Of a stretch of DNA of 64,000 nt, positions 49,587 to 61,000 are shown in pieces. The notes beneath the pieces were generated by a model that saw only the letters and a list, made by a program, of their open reading frames with translations, was not told the origin of the DNA and made no database searches. The stretch comes from Bacilli bacterium. Lineage in GTDB: Bacteria; Bacillota_I; Bacilli_A; RF39; UBA660. The stretch covers positions 102,304 through 166,303 of the forward strand of contig JAZQNW010000002.1 in NCBI GenBank assembly GCA_045627525.1, read 5' to 3'. The position numbers were made by a program, and so were the translations under genes. Numbering within the stretch: position 1 is the stretch's first letter; the number at the start of each line of letters is the position of its first letter.

Positions 49587-49694
49587 TTTTCCACCGCCTT
49601 AAATTTCTAGTTTAGATTATAGCATAAAACATTTAATTTTTATACATATTTTATTTTTTTCTTTTAATACTAATATTGAAAGGAGAGATTTTTA

Positions 49695-51653
49695 ATGTTT
49701 AAAAAAATTTTTAAATTAGTTAAGATCTTCCTAATACTTTTAGTACTAACAATATCTGGTATTTTTATTTATATAAAAGTATCACCAGTACCAGAAATAT
49801 ATAGTGCTAATAATTTAGTACTTTATGATAATAATGGAAATGTATTTTTTCAAGGAAATGAATCAAAGCAATGGATTAACTTAGATAATATTTCTGACTA
49901 TGTTATTAATGCTACTATTTTTACTGAAGATAAAAAATTTTATGAACATAAAGGATTTGATTTTACTAGAATTATAAAAGCTAGTTATGTTAATATTACT
50001 AATCGTTCTACAGTGCAAGGTGCATCTACTATAACTCAACAATATGCTAAAAATTTATTTTTAGATTTTGACAAGACTTGGAAAAGAAAATGGCAAGAGA
50101 TGTGGTATACAATAAAAATTGAAGCTAATTATACTAAAGATGAAATATTAGAAGGATATTTAAATACTATTAATTATGGTCATGGACAATATGGAATAGA
50201 AAATGCTAGTAAATTTTATTTTAATAAAAGTGCTAAGGATTTAGATTTGGCAGAGGCTACTATTTTAACAGGTATTCCTAAATCACCAGCTAATTATTCA
50301 CCATTAATAAATTATGATTTAGCTAAAGAAAGGCAATTATTGATATTAGAGTTGTTAGTAAAAAATGATATTATTTCTCAACAAGAAAAGGATAATGCTT
50401 ATAATGAAAAGCTTTCATTTATAGGTTTAGATAATAATACTGAATTGAGTACTGCTATGTATTATCAAGATGCAGTTATTGATGAATTAAAGACTATTGA
50501 TTCTATACCACTTTCATATAATGATAGTAAGGGTTTAAAAATTTATACTAATCTTGATATGGATGCTCAAAAAAATATTGAGATGACAGTAAAAGATAAT
50601 CTGCCAAGTGATTCTGAAATACAAACATCTATTGTAATGATGAATCCTAATACTGGTGGTATTATAGCGTTAATAGGAGGTAGAGATTATAACGTTTCTT
50701 CATATAATAGAGTTTTAAGTTCTAAAAGACAAGTCGGATCTGCTATGAAGCCTTTTTTATATTATGCTGCTTTAGAGAACGGATTTACTTCAAGTTCTGC
50801 CTTTACTAGTGAAGAAACTACATTTACTTTTAAAAATCAAGATGACTATTCTCCTCAAAATTACAATAATGTGTATGGGCATAAAGCTATATCTATGGCT
50901 ACTGCTATTGCTTATTCTGAAAATATTTATGCAGTTAAAACTCATTTGTTTTTAGGAAATGAGGCTTTAATAAATGTAGCTAGAAGAGTTGGTATAACTT
51001 CAAAATTAGAAGATATTCCCTCTTTACCTTTAGGAACTAATGAAATTAGTATTATTGAAATGGCTGCTGGGTATTCTTCCTTTGCTAATTTGGGATATAA
51101 GATAAAACCACATTTAATTGAAAAAGTGGTAGACGCTAATGGGAATGTTTTGTATGAAGCTGATAATAGTAAGGAATTAGTTCTTAATTCTAGTCTTACT
51201 TTTATTTTAAATAACTTATTAACATGTACTTATGACCCCGATTTTATTGATTATAATTATCCAACTGGAATTAACTTGTCGTCTAAACTTACTCATAAAT
51301 ATGGATTAAAAAGTGGAACTACTAGTGGAGATAATTGGAATATAGGATTTAATAATGATATTGTTACTGCTGTTTGGGTTGGATATGATGATAATAGAGA
51401 TTTAAAAACAACTGAATATAAATATGCTCAAAATATTTGGTATAAATCTATTGAAAATTATGAAAAAAACAAGCCTGATAGTTGGTATGAAATTCCAGAT
51501 AATGTTACTACAGCTATTGTAAATCCTATTACAGGTAAGCCGGTTACTAATGCTTCTGAAAAGCAGAAAGTCATGTATTTTATAAAAGGAACTGAACCAA
51601 ATATTACTGATTCAACATTTGACGAAAAAAATAGTCAATACAACGCTTATTAA
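49695..51653 (+). CDS. Class A penicillin-binding protein (PbpG/YwhE-like)
   Basis: EDKKFYEH, GASTITQQYAKN, GSAMKP, SEN, KSGT. Confidence 0.92.
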   Translation: MFKKIFKLVKIFLILLVLTISGIFIYIKVSPVPEIYSANNLVLYDNNGNVFFQGNESKQWINLDNISDYVINATIFTEDKKFYEHKGFDFTRIIKASYVNITNRSTVQGASTITQQYAKNLFLDFDKTWKRKWQEMWYTIKIEANYTKDEILEGYLNTINYGHGQYGIENASKFYFNKSAKDLDLAEATILTGIPKSPANYSPLINYDLAKERQLLILELLVKNDIISQQEKDNAYNEKLSFIGLDNNTELSTAMYYQDAVIDELKTIDSIPLSYNDSKGLKIYTNLDMDAQKNIEMTVKDNLPSDSEIQTSIVMMNPNTGGIIALIGGRDYNVSSYNRVLSSKRQVGSAMKPFLYYAALENGFTSSSAFTSEETTFTFKNQDDYSPQNYNNVYGHKAISMATAIAYSENIYAVKTHLFLGNEALINVARRVGITSKLEDIPSLPLGTNEISIIEMAAGYSSFANLGYKIKPHLIEKVVDANGNVLYEADNSKELVLNSSLTFILNNLLTCTYDPDFIDYNYPTGINLSSKLTHKYGLKSGTTSGDNWNIGFNNDIVTAVWVGYDDNRDLKTTEYKYAQNIWYKSIENYEKNKPDSWYEIPDNVTTAIVNPITGKPVTNASEKQKVMYFIKGTEPNITDSTFDEKNSQYNAY

Positions 51654-51715
51654 TTATATTTTCTTGTACAAAATATTTGTTTTTGATATAATCAATATAG
51701 TAGGAGGCGTTTATA

Positions 51716-51964
51716 ATGTCAAAGGAAGTTAAAAAGAAAGATTTTTATGATGGAAAAATAAGTTTAGAAGATAGAGTTATCATTCTATTTACTAGTATTT
51801 TATGTTTTCCAGTAGGTTTTGTTTTATACTATTATTTTAAAGATAAGAAAGAAGAATATCATGCAAAATTTGCAAAAACTGGTGCTTTATGTGGATCATG
51901 CATTACTATTTTCTTTATCTTATTAGCTATATTTTTATTATTATATGCAAACATTAATTTTTAA
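51716..51964 (+). CDS. Small membrane protein
   Basis: AGGAGG RBS, two hydrophobic segments. Confidence 0.65.
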   Translation: MSKEVKKKDFYDGKISLEDRVIILFTSILCFPVGFVLYYYFKDKKEEYHAKFAKTGALCGSCITIFFILLAIFLLLYANINF

Positions 51965-52038
51965 AAGCCAACATTGGCTTTTTTTATTTGTATATAATTT
52001 GTTATTTTGATATAATTACTTATGATAGAGGTGGTTTT

Positions 52039-52569
52039 ATGGAAATACTTATTGGAGTATTTATTCTAATTGCTATTATTTTTATTGTATTAATTATTGT
52101 TTCTAATAATAAATTTCAATTATCAATAATAAAAATTGAAGAAGCTGAAAATAATGTTGATATATTTTTACAAACTAAAAAAGATTTATTAGAGCGTACT
52201 TCTCCTATTATTATAAAATCTTTAAAAGTAGAAGACTTTTTACCAGAACTTTCTACTATAAGTAATGATTTTAATAATTTTGAATTATTTGATCTTTTGA
52301 AAAAATCTTATAATAAATTATTTGAAACACTTGATGAAAATGATAAATTATCTAAAAATAAAAAGTTAATAGAACTTATTGATAAAATTAATAATAATGA
52401 AATTAATTTAATGGCTGCGATTAAGTTCTATAATGATTCAGTAGTTTCATTTAATTCATTAGTTGTTACTTTCCCTGGTAGTATAGTAGCATTTTTTAAA
52501 AAATATCAAAAAAAGGATTTCTATAATAATGAAAAAAGGGAAATTTATGAAATTTTAAATGAAAAGTAA
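52039..52569 (+). CDS. LemA family protein
   Basis: N-terminal TM, FYNDSV..FN....FPG.IVA motif; RBS GAGGTG before MEIL. Confidence 0.75.
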   Translation: MEILIGVFILIAIIFIVLIIVSNNKFQLSIIKIEEAENNVDIFLQTKKDLLERTSPIIIKSLKVEDFLPELSTISNDFNNFELFDLLKKSYNKLFETLDENDKLSKNKKLIELIDKINNNEINLMAAIKFYNDSVVSFNSLVVTFPGSIVAFFKKYQKKDFYNNEKREIYEILNEK

Positions 52570-52580
52570 AGGGTGGTTTT

Positions 52581-53564
52581 ATGAAATTTATAGATAAAAT
52601 TAAAGAAAGAGCTAAAAATGATATTAAGACTATAGTATTGCCTGAATATATGGATGAACGTGTATTAGCTGCGGCTTCTATTGTTTTAAAAGAAAAAATA
52701 GCAAATATTATTATTATAGGTAAAAAGGATGAATTAGATAATTGTAAATATGATATTAGTGACGCTACAATAATTGATCCTGTTAATTGTAGTTTTACAG
52801 ATGAATTAATTAACAAGCTTTTTGATCTTAGAAAGAACAAGGGGCTAACCTATGATGAAGCCAAAGAGTTAGTTCTAAATGATTATATGTATTTTGCATG
52901 TATGCTAGTTAAAACTAATCGAGCTGATGGGATTGTTTCTGGTGCATGCCATTCTTCTTCGAATACTTTAAGACCTGCACTACAAATTATAAAAACTGAT
53001 GGGGAGGATGAATTAGTATCTGCTTTTTTCCTTATGTGTGTTCCTAATTGTGAATATGGAAGTAATGGTACATTTATATTTGCTGATGCAGGTCTTGAAC
53101 AAAATCCAGATCCAGAACGATTAGCAGATATTGCAAATAGTAGTGCTAAAAGTTTTCATTTTTTAGTTCAAGAAGAACCTTATGTAGCAATGCTTTCGCA
53201 TTCAACTCTTGGAAGTGCTAAGCATGAAGATGTAGATAAAGTTGTTGAAGCAGTTAATATAGCAAAAGGTAAATATAATTATAAAATTGATGGTGAATTT
53301 CAAGTTGATGCAGCTATTGTCCCAGAAATTGCTAAAATAAAAGCACCTAATAATGATGTTGCAGGTAGAGCTAATGTTTTGGTATTTCCTGATTTAGATG
53401 CTGGGAATTGTGGATATAAGTTAGTTCAAAGACTAGCAAAAGCTGAAGCTTACGGTCCTATATGTCAAGGTATTGCTTCACCAGTTAATGATTTATCACG
53501 TGGTTGCTCAGTTGAGGATATTGTTGGAGTTATATCTATAACTGCAGTTCAAGCTCAAAAATAA
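52581..53564 (+). CDS. pta: Phosphate acetyltransferase
   Basis: IVLPE, LRPALQII, DGEFQVDAAIVP, FPDLDAGN, DLSRGCS. Confidence 0.95.
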   Translation: MKFIDKIKERAKNDIKTIVLPEYMDERVLAAASIVLKEKIANIIIIGKKDELDNCKYDISDATIIDPVNCSFTDELINKLFDLRKNKGLTYDEAKELVLNDYMYFACMLVKTNRADGIVSGACHSSSNTLRPALQIIKTDGEDELVSAFFLMCVPNCEYGSNGTFIFADAGLEQNPDPERLADIANSSAKSFHFLVQEEPYVAMLSHSTLGSAKHEDVDKVVEAVNIAKGKYNYKIDGEFQVDAAIVPEIAKIKAPNNDVAGRANVLVFPDLDAGNCGYKLVQRLAKAEAYGPICQGIASPVNDLSRGCSVEDIVGVISITAVQAQK

Positions 53565-53588
53565 AAAAGAATCTTTATGATTCTTTTT

Positions 53589-54251
53589 TTATTCTATTCT
53601 CCAGTCAATTTCTTTTATATTATTTGCTTTTAAAAAAGCATTTGCTTTTGAAAATGGTTTACTACCAAAAAAACCGTTATATGCTGAAAATGGGGATGGA
53701 TGAGCTGATTCTATTATATAGTGTATTGGATTTGTTATTAGTTTTTTCTTGGCTCTTGCATAACTTCCCCATAATATAAAAACTACAGGTGTATTTTTTT
53801 GATTAATTATTTTAATAACACTATCAGTAAATTGCTCCCAACCATGATCTTTGTGAGATGTAGGATTATGTTCTTCTACTGTTAATACAGCATTCAATAA
53901 TAATACCCCTTGTTTTGCCCACGGTTTAAGTGAGTTATGTTCCGGAAAAGGGATTTTTAAATCATTTTCAAGCTCTTTAAATATATTTTTTAATGATGGT
54001 GGTTTTAGTACTTTATTACTTACTGAGAATGATAATCCTTCAGCCTGATTTGGTCCATGATATGGATCTTGACCTAAAATGACTACTTTTATTTTATCAA
54101 ATCTGGTGTAGCGAAATGCATTAAAAACTTCGCTTTGTTTTGGATAAATTTTTTTATGATTGTATTCATTTTTTATAAAATTAATGAGATTTAAAAAATA
54201 GTCTTTTTTTATCTCTTCTTTTAATAAATTATCCCAATCATTACCTATCAT
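53589..54251 (-). CDS. ung: Uracil-DNA glycosylase
   Basis: GQDPYH, PPSLKNI, GVLLLN, HPSP. Confidence 0.96.
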   Translation of the reverse strand: MIGNDWDNLLKEEIKKDYFLNLINFIKNEYNHKKIYPKQSEVFNAFRYTRFDKIKVVILGQDPYHGPNQAEGLSFSVSNKVLKPPSLKNIFKELENDLKIPFPEHNSLKPWAKQGVLLLNAVLTVEEHNPTSHKDHGWEQFTDSVIKIINQKNTPVVFILWGSYARAKKKLITNPIHYIIESAHPSPFSAYNGFFGSKPFSKANAFLKANNIKEIDWRIE

Positions 54252-54259
54252 ATTTCCTC

Positions 54260-54715
54260 CTATTTATGATAACTCTCATTATTCATTATTTTAAAGGCTC
54301 TATATATTTGTTCTAATAAAATAACTCTAAATAATTGATGGGGAAATGTCATTTTTGAAAATGATAAATGCATTTTTGCTTTATTTTTAATATTTTGACT
54401 TAGTCCATAGCTTCCACCTATTATAAAAGTTATATTACTGTTTTCTATTTGGATATTTGAAAGATTTTTTGAAAATTCTTCTGATGTTAATTCTTTTCCT
54501 TCTATTTCTAAGGTTATTATATAGTCTTTATCTTGAATATGTTTTTCTATTTTTTCAGCTTCTTTTTCTATTGCTTTAGATGGCTCTACTAGTCCTTCAT
54601 CTTTTAATTCTATTATTTGTATATTTGTGTATTTACTTAATCTTTTTAAGTATTCATCTATTGCTTCTTTTAAGTACTTTTCTTTTATTGAGCCGACGGT
54701 TATTATTTTTATCAT
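54260..54715 (-). CDS. rlmH: 23S rRNA (pseudouridine1915-N3)-methyltransferase
   Basis: FIIGGSYG, MTFPHQL, EQIYRAF, YHK. Confidence 0.95.
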   Translation of the reverse strand: MIKIITVGSIKEKYLKEAIDEYLKRLSKYTNIQIIELKDEGLVEPSKAIEKEAEKIEKHIQDKDYIITLEIEGKELTSEEFSKNLSNIQIENSNITFIIGGSYGLSQNIKNKAKMHLSFSKMTFPHQLFRVILLEQIYRAFKIMNNESYHK

Positions 54716-54716
54716 A

Positions 54717-55472
54717 TTACACCTCTATCATTAAACTTGACTCATCTTGTCTTGCTGCTAAAATGGTTATGTCTGTATCTTTTAGGCTTTCTTTTATTGT
54801 TCTTAATGCTAATTCTTCAGTGTTATTTGTTTCGCTTATATGTGCTAACAAAATTGTTTTAGTATTATCTCCTACTATTTTTGTTAAATATTTTGCTGTA
54901 GCATTATTGGAAAGATGTCCTATATCACTAATTATTCTTTCTTTTAAAAATCTTGGGTATGGACCATCCATCAACATCACTTCATCATGATTGCTTTCTA
55001 TAACGTAAACATTTTTATTTGATATTTTTGGTAAATATTTTCTATTTATATATCCCGTATCTGTTATATATACTAGGCTACTATTTTTACTAGTAATAAT
55101 AAATCCAACAGAGCTTGGAGCATCATGAGATGTATGAATTAGTTCTATTGTAAGATCATTTAAAGTAAATTTATCTTCGATAAATATACTACGTTCTTGT
55201 GGTAAATGTTCTTTTAGGCTATCATACATTGATTCTGGTATGTATACATTTAATTTGGTATGTTTTATTAATGAGGATAACCCCCTTATATGGTCTTTGT
55301 GACAGTGGGTAATTAATATACCATCAAAATTATCAAAAGAAAGGGAATTTTCTTCTAAACTTTTTTTTAAAGTTAAGTAGGAAATTCCCATATCTATTAT
55401 TAGATTTATATTTTCTGATAAAATGATAGTACAATTTCCTTTTGATCCACTGGCAATTGTTCTAACTTTCAT
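54717..55472 (-). CDS. walJ: MBL-fold metallo-hydrolase (WalJ/YycJ)
   Basis: SGSKGN, THCHKDH, SHDA, TDTGY, ESNHD, GHLSN. Confidence 0.88.
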   Translation of the reverse strand: MKVRTIASGSKGNCTIILSENINLIIDMGISYLTLKKSLEENSLSFDNFDGILITHCHKDHIRGLSSLIKHTKLNVYIPESMYDSLKEHLPQERSIFIEDKFTLNDLTIELIHTSHDAPSSVGFIITSKNSSLVYITDTGYINRKYLPKISNKNVYVIESNHDEVMLMDGPYPRFLKERIISDIGHLSNNATAKYLTKIVGDNTKTILLAHISETNNTEELALRTIKESLKDTDITILAARQDESSLMIEV

Positions 55473-56983
55473 TAATAGTAACTTAAAGCGTTTTGAGCTC
55501 TACCTCCACGATAAGGATAACCATACCATAATCCAAAGTGTAAGTGAACACCTGTTGCTGCTCCTGTCATTCCCATACCACCAATGACTTGTCCTTTTAC
55601 AACAGTATCACCAACACTTACATAACGACAGCCAGGACATAAGTGTGCATAAATTGTGTAATAACCATTTTTATGGTCTATTATTATATATTCTCCATTA
55701 TCTCCATAGCCACCTTTATAGCCACCATTTTTTCTTTGCGAAGCTACAACAACACCTGATTGAGCTGCAAATATGTTCGAACCATAACCACAACCTGCTA
55801 TATCAACACCATCGTGTAATGCTCCCCAACGGTAACCAAAACCACTTGATACTGATGAGCATGTTGCTGGCCAGCCCCATTCACCTCTTGTAGGTACGAC
55901 ACTTCCATAACCATGGACATTCTTTTTACCACCTTTTACTATTATTTCTGTAATTGGTTCTTTTATTGTTTCAGTATTAACAGTAACTAAGTTTGTAGTT
56001 TCGCCATTAACTTTTTGAACTTTTTGAGTTACTTTATTTTCACCATTTACACCTTTTTGTCTTATTTCAGTATAACCTTCATATTGATTATTATCATATT
56101 GTGTATCAGTAGTAAAATTCTTAGTTTCATAGAAAACAACATGATCAACTTCAACTATATTAAATTGAGGTTTTAAAACACCAATTGTTATAACTTGGCC
56201 AGGATATAATAAACTATTAGCATCTCCAATTGAAGGATTTGCTATTAACAATTCATTTGTAGATACCTTATTATTGAATGCTATATCTTCAAGCGTATCT
56301 CCATCTTGGACTACATACTTTTGTTGTTCGTCTACTGTACCAAATATTAAGTATTTACTCAAGTCTTCTTCATTTTGATAAATTGTTTTATTTACAGGAA
56401 TTTTTTTCTGCTTTATTGTTATTGTATTTTGTAAATAAATATTTTCTATAATTTTACCTGTATCATCTATTTTTGCTTGAGTATCATTAGCATATGCATT
56501 GTAATCCTCTTCTAAAATAAATGATTTTGCTACTTTATCAACTGCTTCTCGAAAAATATTTTTATCTAAAACATAAATAACATTATTTTCACTTTTTACT
56601 GTTTTTCCTGTAACATCTTGAGTTTCTACCCCATGAATAGTTATAGAATAACCCTTAATTGTAAATGGTGATATATCTTTTATTTCACTGTATATTTTTT
56701 CAACTGATGTTAAATTGTCATCATAAGTTATTTCTTTTATGATATCTAAATCTGATGGAATATATACTTTATCAACATTATATTTTGCTTTTATTTCAGC
56801 TTGTTTTTTATCAATATAATTTTCTAATTGTTCTTTTGATTTTATTAAGCCTAATGATTCTCCTTTTAAGTAAACTCTATATACTGTATGTGGAGTTAAT
56901 CTTTTTGGAGTAAATCCTGTCGATAATATAAAAGCTGCTAATGCTAACAAAATTACTAAATTCTTTAGTTTTTTATTTGGCAT
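55472..56983 (-). CDS. LysM/G5/M23 peptidoglycan endopeptidase
   Basis: LysM YVVQDGDTL, G5 domain, HDGVDI, YAHL, TGVHLHF. Confidence 0.88.
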   Translation of the reverse strand: MPNKKLKNLVILLALAAFILSTGFTPKRLTPHTVYRVYLKGESLGLIKSKEQLENYIDKKQAEIKAKYNVDKVYIPSDLDIIKEITYDDNLTSVEKIYSEIKDISPFTIKGYSITIHGVETQDVTGKTVKSENNVIYVLDKNIFREAVDKVAKSFILEEDYNAYANDTQAKIDDTGKIIENIYLQNTITIKQKKIPVNKTIYQNEEDLSKYLIFGTVDEQQKYVVQDGDTLEDIAFNNKVSTNELLIANPSIGDANSLLYPGQVITIGVLKPQFNIVEVDHVVFYETKNFTTDTQYDNNQYEGYTEIRQKGVNGENKVTQKVQKVNGETTNLVTVNTETIKEPITEIIVKGGKKNVHGYGSVVPTRGEWGWPATCSSVSSGFGYRWGALHDGVDIAGCGYGSNIFAAQSGVVVASQRKNGGYKGGYGDNGEYIIIDHKNGYYTIYAHLCPGCRYVSVGDTVVKGQVIGGMGMTGAATGVHLHFGLWYGYPYRGGRAQNALSYY

Positions 56984-56984
56984 T

Positions 56985-58337
56985 TTATCCCTCCGTATTC
57001 TCTTTTTCTCTTCTTAAGTTTAGGAATGTTGATGTATTCTTTTTAAATAGCAACTCTATTGTAGTAGTTGGACCATTACGATGCTTTCCTATTATTAGTT
57101 CACTTATACTAGTGTTATCTTCTGTTCTGGCTTCTTTATTATAGTAATCATCTCTATATAAGAATGCTACAATATCTGCATCTTGTTCAATAGAACCAGA
57201 TTCACGTAAATCACTCATTAATGGTCTTTTATCTTCTCTTCCTTCTACACTACGTGATAATTGTGATAAAGCTATTACCGGTACATTTAATTCCATTGCT
57301 AAAGTTTTTAAACTTCTTGATATATCTGATACTTCTTGTTGTCTATTACTACCATAATTTTTTCCACCTGATATTAATTGCAAGTAATCAATAACTACTA
57401 AACTTAATCCTTTTTCACTACTAGCAAGTCTTCTACATTTTGCTCTTATTTCACCTATTGTAATACCTGGTGTATCATCTATTACTAAATTTGTATTTGA
57501 TAATTGTGACACAGCTTCATTTATTCTTTTCCAATCATTATTCATTAAATTACCAGTTCTTAATTTGAAACCTTCTAATTGACCTAGAGATGATAATATA
57601 CGCATTGCTAATTGTTCTGCACTCATTTCTAAGTTAAATACTGCTACGCTTTTTTCTTGAGTCATAGCCACATGGGTTGCTAAATTTAGAGCAAAAGCTG
57701 TTTTACCCATAGCTGGTCGAGCGGCAATTATGATAAATTCATTGGGATGTAATCCTGTTGTTAGTCTATCAAAATCATACCATCCTGTTTCTAGCCCTGT
57801 TATTTCACCTTTGTTTTCGGATAATTTTTCTAAATCTGCTTGAGTCTTAGCTAGGACATCTTTTATTGAACGAAATTCACTCGACTTACGATTTTTAACA
57901 ATATTTAATATTCTTTTTTCCGAATTATCTAAAATTTCATTTACTGTTTCATCAGTTCTATATCCTTCTTCGGCTATATTTGTTGCTGTTTCAATTAAAT
58001 TTCTTAAAATTGCAGATTCTTCTACTATTTTTATATAGTAGTCTACATTAGTAGCTGTTGGAACAAAGTTTAATACTTCTGTTAAGTATTCTACTCCACC
58101 AACTTCTGTTAATTCATTTTTCTTTTTTAAATAGCTTGTTACTGTAGTAATATCTATTGGAGTCTTTTCTTCAGCTAAATTTACCATAGCTGAGAATATT
58201 TTGGCATTTTTATCATTATAAAATGCTTCTGGTGTCAAATTTTCATTAGCCTTCTGAAGAGCATATTTTGATAAAAAACAAGCTCCTAGTACTGATTCTT
58301 CTGCTTCTTGATTATTTGGCATTATTCTTGCTGGCAT
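56985..58337 (-). CDS. dnaB: Replicative DNA helicase
   Basis: AARPAMGKT, DYLQL, LSQLSR, DLRESGSIEQDAD, KHRNGP. Confidence 0.97.
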   Translation of the reverse strand: MPARIMPNNQEAEESVLGACFLSKYALQKANENLTPEAFYNDKNAKIFSAMVNLAEEKTPIDITTVTSYLKKKNELTEVGGVEYLTEVLNFVPTATNVDYYIKIVEESAILRNLIETATNIAEEGYRTDETVNEILDNSEKRILNIVKNRKSSEFRSIKDVLAKTQADLEKLSENKGEITGLETGWYDFDRLTTGLHPNEFIIIAARPAMGKTAFALNLATHVAMTQEKSVAVFNLEMSAEQLAMRILSSLGQLEGFKLRTGNLMNNDWKRINEAVSQLSNTNLVIDDTPGITIGEIRAKCRRLASSEKGLSLVVIDYLQLISGGKNYGSNRQQEVSDISRSLKTLAMELNVPVIALSQLSRSVEGREDKRPLMSDLRESGSIEQDADIVAFLYRDDYYNKEARTEDNTSISELIIGKHRNGPTTTIELLFKKNTSTFLNLRREKENTEG

Positions 58338-58347
58338 ACTACCACCT

Positions 58348-58788
58348 CTACTTTACTACGTGTACTTTAATTATAGCTTCAACCCCTGGATATAAATTTA
58401 TTTTAACATTATGGAAACCTAATGATGAAATCGAATTTGTATTATCTATTTGATTCTTTTCTATTTTGAACCCGTTTTTTTGTAAGGCTTCTTTTATTTG
58501 CTTAACACTAATACTTCCAAATACTTTATCGCCTTCGCCTGTTTTAACTTTAAATTCAATCACTTGCTTATCAAGCTGTTTTTTTATCTCTTCTGCAATC
58601 TTTTTATTTTCTTCTTCTGTTGCCGCTTTTTTTGCTTTTTCGTGTTCTAATTTTGAAAGATTTTCTTTTGTTTTTGCTACTGCATAACCATTTTTTATTA
58701 GAAAATTTTGTGCATATCCATCTTTTACTTCTTTTATTTGGCCTTTTTTACCTTGGTTTTTTAAGTCTTTAACAAAAATAACTTCCAT
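58348..58788 (-). CDS. rplI: 50S ribosomal protein L9
   Basis: [24 protein letters not shown]. Confidence 0.95.
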   Translation of the reverse strand: MEVIFVKDLKNQGKKGQIKEVKDGYAQNFLIKNGYAVAKTKENLSKLEHEKAKKAATEEENKKIAEEIKKQLDKQVIEFKVKTGEGDKVFGSISVKQIKEALQKNGFKIEKNQIDNTNSISSLGFHNVKINLYPGVEAIIKVHVVK

Positions 58789-58790
58789 TA

Positions 58791-59780
58791 TTATTCACCA
58801 TCCTGTTTTTCAATTTCTTTCTTTAACATTTGCTCAACTTTACTTATAGTTGTTTTTTCAAATTTGGCTGCTCCATTATATGCGTCTCCACCGCCGCCTA
58901 ATTTTTCTAAGATAGGCTCTATTTCATAATTTCCTAGACTTCTAGCACTTAGACCTATTGTATCTTTGCCAATTTTACCTATTACAAAAGATGCTTCAAT
59001 ATTATTAAAGAATAATAATGTATCAGCGGTTTTTGCTAAGTCTTCACGACGATAAATTGTATATGGTGCTGCCTTAGTGAATGCTACTTTTCCATCTATT
59101 GTTTCTATTCCTGTTAATAATTTTTGACGTTCAGTATATTCCATTACATCTTGTTTTAGTAAATACTGCACTTTCTTAGCGCTTGCACCTAGACAAGATA
59201 AGTAGTAAGCAGCATAGTATGTTTCAGAAGTTGTTTTTAAAGTAAAATTGTTTGTATCTAATACTATTCCTGACAATAATATAGTTGCATAATATGGTTC
59301 GAACTCTACGTCATAATATTCTACTAAAGAAGTTATTATTTCGCAAGTACTGGATACTTCATTATCAATAATTGATAGGTCTGCTTTTATTGATGATTTA
59401 GTTTCATCATGATGATCTATCACTATTTTATTATCAATTAAATTTAGTACTTCTTTATTTTGTACTAATTCAGGTTTATTTGTATCTAGTATTATTAAAA
59501 GATTTTTATTAGCATTATGATTTAAATATTTTTCTATATCTTCGCTTTTAATTACTTTGATGCACCCTTCTAATTCACGTAATACTTTTTCTACACCTAA
59601 TTCATGTTTTTTATCATCAATAATTATATAGCAATTTTTCTTTTTATGACTCAAAATAACACTTAATGCTACAGAGCTTCCTAAAGCATCCAAATCTAAA
59701 TCTTTATGAGCCATTAAAAATATGTCTTTACTATTTTTTATTGCTCTATTAAATTGATTTTTATTTTCTAATATTCCCAT
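58791..59780 (-). CDS. DHH/DHHA1 phosphodiesterase (catalytic part of GdpP)
   Basis: [31 protein letters not shown]; gdpP position between rpsR and rplI. Confidence 0.85.
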   Translation of the reverse strand: MGILENKNQFNRAIKNSKDIFLMAHKDLDLDALGSSVALSVILSHKKKNCYIIIDDKKHELGVEKVLRELEGCIKVIKSEDIEKYLNHNANKNLLIILDTNKPELVQNKEVLNLIDNKIVIDHHDETKSSIKADLSIIDNEVSSTCEIITSLVEYYDVEFEPYYATILLSGIVLDTNNFTLKTTSETYYAAYYLSCLGASAKKVQYLLKQDVMEYTERQKLLTGIETIDGKVAFTKAAPYTIYRREDLAKTADTLLFFNNIEASFVIGKIGKDTIGLSARSLGNYEIEPILEKLGGGGDAYNGAAKFEKTTISKVEQMLKKEIEKQDGE

Positions 59781-59883
59781 ATTATCCTCCTGCTAAATAT
59801 CAATATTATTATATATCAAATTACTATATTTGTCTAATTGGTTTTGGGCTTTTAGAAAAAAAAAGAACCATTTGGTTCTTTTT

Positions 59884-60099
59884 TTATTTTGTATAAGGCA
59901 TTAAAGCAATAGCACGAGCTCTTTTTACTTGGTTTGCAATATATCTTTGATGTAATGCACAGTTTCCAGTAACTCTTCTTGGTACTATTTTACCTTTTTC
60001 ATTTGTATATCTTTTTAATGTTTCTGGATCTTTATAGTCAACTGGTGGCTTTCCAGAACACATAGCACATACTTTTTTCTTTCTTCTAAATTCTGCCAT
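59884..60099 (-). CDS. rpsR: 30S ribosomal protein S18
   Basis: [24 protein letters not shown]. Confidence 0.96.
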   Translation of the reverse strand: MAEFRRKKKVCAMCSGKPPVDYKDPETLKRYTNEKGKIVPRRVTGNCALHQRYIANQVKRARAIALMPYTK

Positions 60100-60114
60100 T
60101 ATTTTTCCTCCTTT

Positions 60115-60597
60115 TTAGAATGGTAATTCATCATCACTTATTTCAATACTTGAACCAAAATCAGCAAATGGATTACTTTCTACATCTGTTCCCTTAGGTT
60201 CTGGAGTATTTCCAAAATCATAAGGTGTTGGTCCCTCATTTGATTGAGCGTAACCGGTATTATTAGAATTATTTGAGGAAGATTTTGTTCCTAAGAATTC
60301 AACATTATCTGCGACTACTTCAGTAACATATCTTTTTTGGCCATTATTATCATCATAGCTTCTAGTTTGAAGACGACCATCTATTGCTACTTGACTACCT
60401 TGACTTAGGTAATTTTTAACATTTTCAGCTTGTTTTCTCCAAACAACTATATTAATAAAATCTGCTTCTCTTTCACCTGATTGATTTGTAAAGCTTCTAT
60501 TTACTGCTAGAGAAAAAGTCGCAACAGCTGTATTACTTCCTGTATATCTTAATTCTGGATCTCTAGTTAATCTTCCTATTAAAAATACTTTGTTCAT
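60115..60597 (-). CDS. ssb: Single-stranded DNA-binding protein
   Basis: GRLTRDPELRYT, C-terminal DDELPF. Confidence 0.97.
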   Translation of the reverse strand: MNKVFLIGRLTRDPELRYTGSNTAVATFSLAVNRSFTNQSGEREADFINIVVWRKQAENVKNYLSQGSQVAIDGRLQTRSYDDNNGQKRYVTEVVADNVEFLGTKSSSNNSNNTGYAQSNEGPTPYDFGNTPEPKGTDVESNPFADFGSSIEISDDELPF

Positions 60598-60612
60598 AAA
60601 TACCTCTTTCTC

Positions 60613-60909
60613 TTAGTCTTCTACTTTTACAACTAGATGACGAAGTAAACTTTCATTAATTCTAGCTACACGATCAAATTCTTTAACAGCTTCACTATTA
60701 GATTCTACAACGAATAAATAATAGTATCCTGTTTTGAATTTATTAATTTCGTATGCTAATTCTCTTTGACCCATAGGTTTTTCTTCTACAAGTTTAGCTT
60801 TTTTATCTGTTAATACCTTCTTCATGTCTTCAGCTGTTTTTGCAATTTCAGCTTCTTCCATGTCTGGTCTAACGATAAACATTACTTCATATTTGTTCAT
60901 ATTTCGCAC
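60613..60909 (-). CDS. rpsF: 30S ribosomal protein S6
   Basis: YEVMFIVRP, RELAYEI, GYY. Confidence 0.96.
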   Translation of the reverse strand: MRNMNKYEVMFIVRPDMEEAEIAKTAEDMKKVLTDKKAKLVEEKPMGQRELAYEINKFKTGYYYLFVVESNSEAVKEFDRVARINESLLRHLVVKVED

Positions 60910-60950
60910 CTCCTTTTGGACTAATGGCTATCAAATGATAGCAAGGAGCA
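60905..60950 (-). promoter_or_regulatory. S6:S18 ribosomal leader RNA
   Basis: Minus strand CTCCTT-GCTATCA-t-TGATAGC-CA..AAGGAG: anti-SD pairing with inner hairpin and CCR bulge before rpsF. Confidence 0.7.
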
Positions 60951-61000
60951 TTTTTAATACTCGGATGTATTATATCAAATGCTAATTATTTTGTCTACAT

